This document shows positions 24,643 to 24,643 of a stretch of 24,643 bases of DNA, piece by piece; positions within the stretch are counted from its first letter, which is position 1, and every line of letters begins with the position of its first letter. Source of the DNA: a virus (Duplodnaviria > Caudoviricetes); IMG/VR virus record IMGVR_UViG_3300035135_001680, positions 1 through 24,643 of that record. One strand, given 5' to 3'. The position numbers were made by a program, and so were the translations under genes. The notes under the pieces are model-generated. The model had not been told where the DNA came from. It was given only the letters and a program-made list of their open reading frames with translations, and searched no databases.

Positions 24643-24643
24643 C

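Overview
This window is about 24.6 kb of a tailed dsDNA phage (Caudoviricetes), roughly 40% GC by eye, with no host genes, tRNAs, CRISPR array, integrase or transposase visible. The left part is on the minus strand and reads TerS, TerL, an inserted cassette (N6-adenine methyltransferase, class III nucleotide cyclase with a C-terminal membrane anchor, 2-TM coiled-coil protein), Mu gp29-like portal, Mu gpI-like protease/scaffold with two extra N-terminal domains, capsid decoration protein, major capsid protein, MuF-like head protein and head-tail/neck genes. The middle holds a lambda-like replication module (initiator with 21-bp-spaced iterons, DnaC-like loader, RHH regulator, SSB, a putative nuclease, ThyX) diverging from a plus-strand operon (Cro-like HTH, RecT-like annealase). 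The right part, on the minus strand, has a CHAP endolysin end, a holin, a repeat-built tail fibre, three small beta-rich proteins and three membrane proteins. The best candidate for a new system is the translationally coupled cyclase + membrane protein pair between terminase and portal: the catalytic residues are intact but the base-specificity residues are non-canonical. Also notable are about 110 CCGG against no GGCC (manual count), and a nested-stem non-coding element at 14531-14664. All family calls come from motif recognition by eye, with no database searches.
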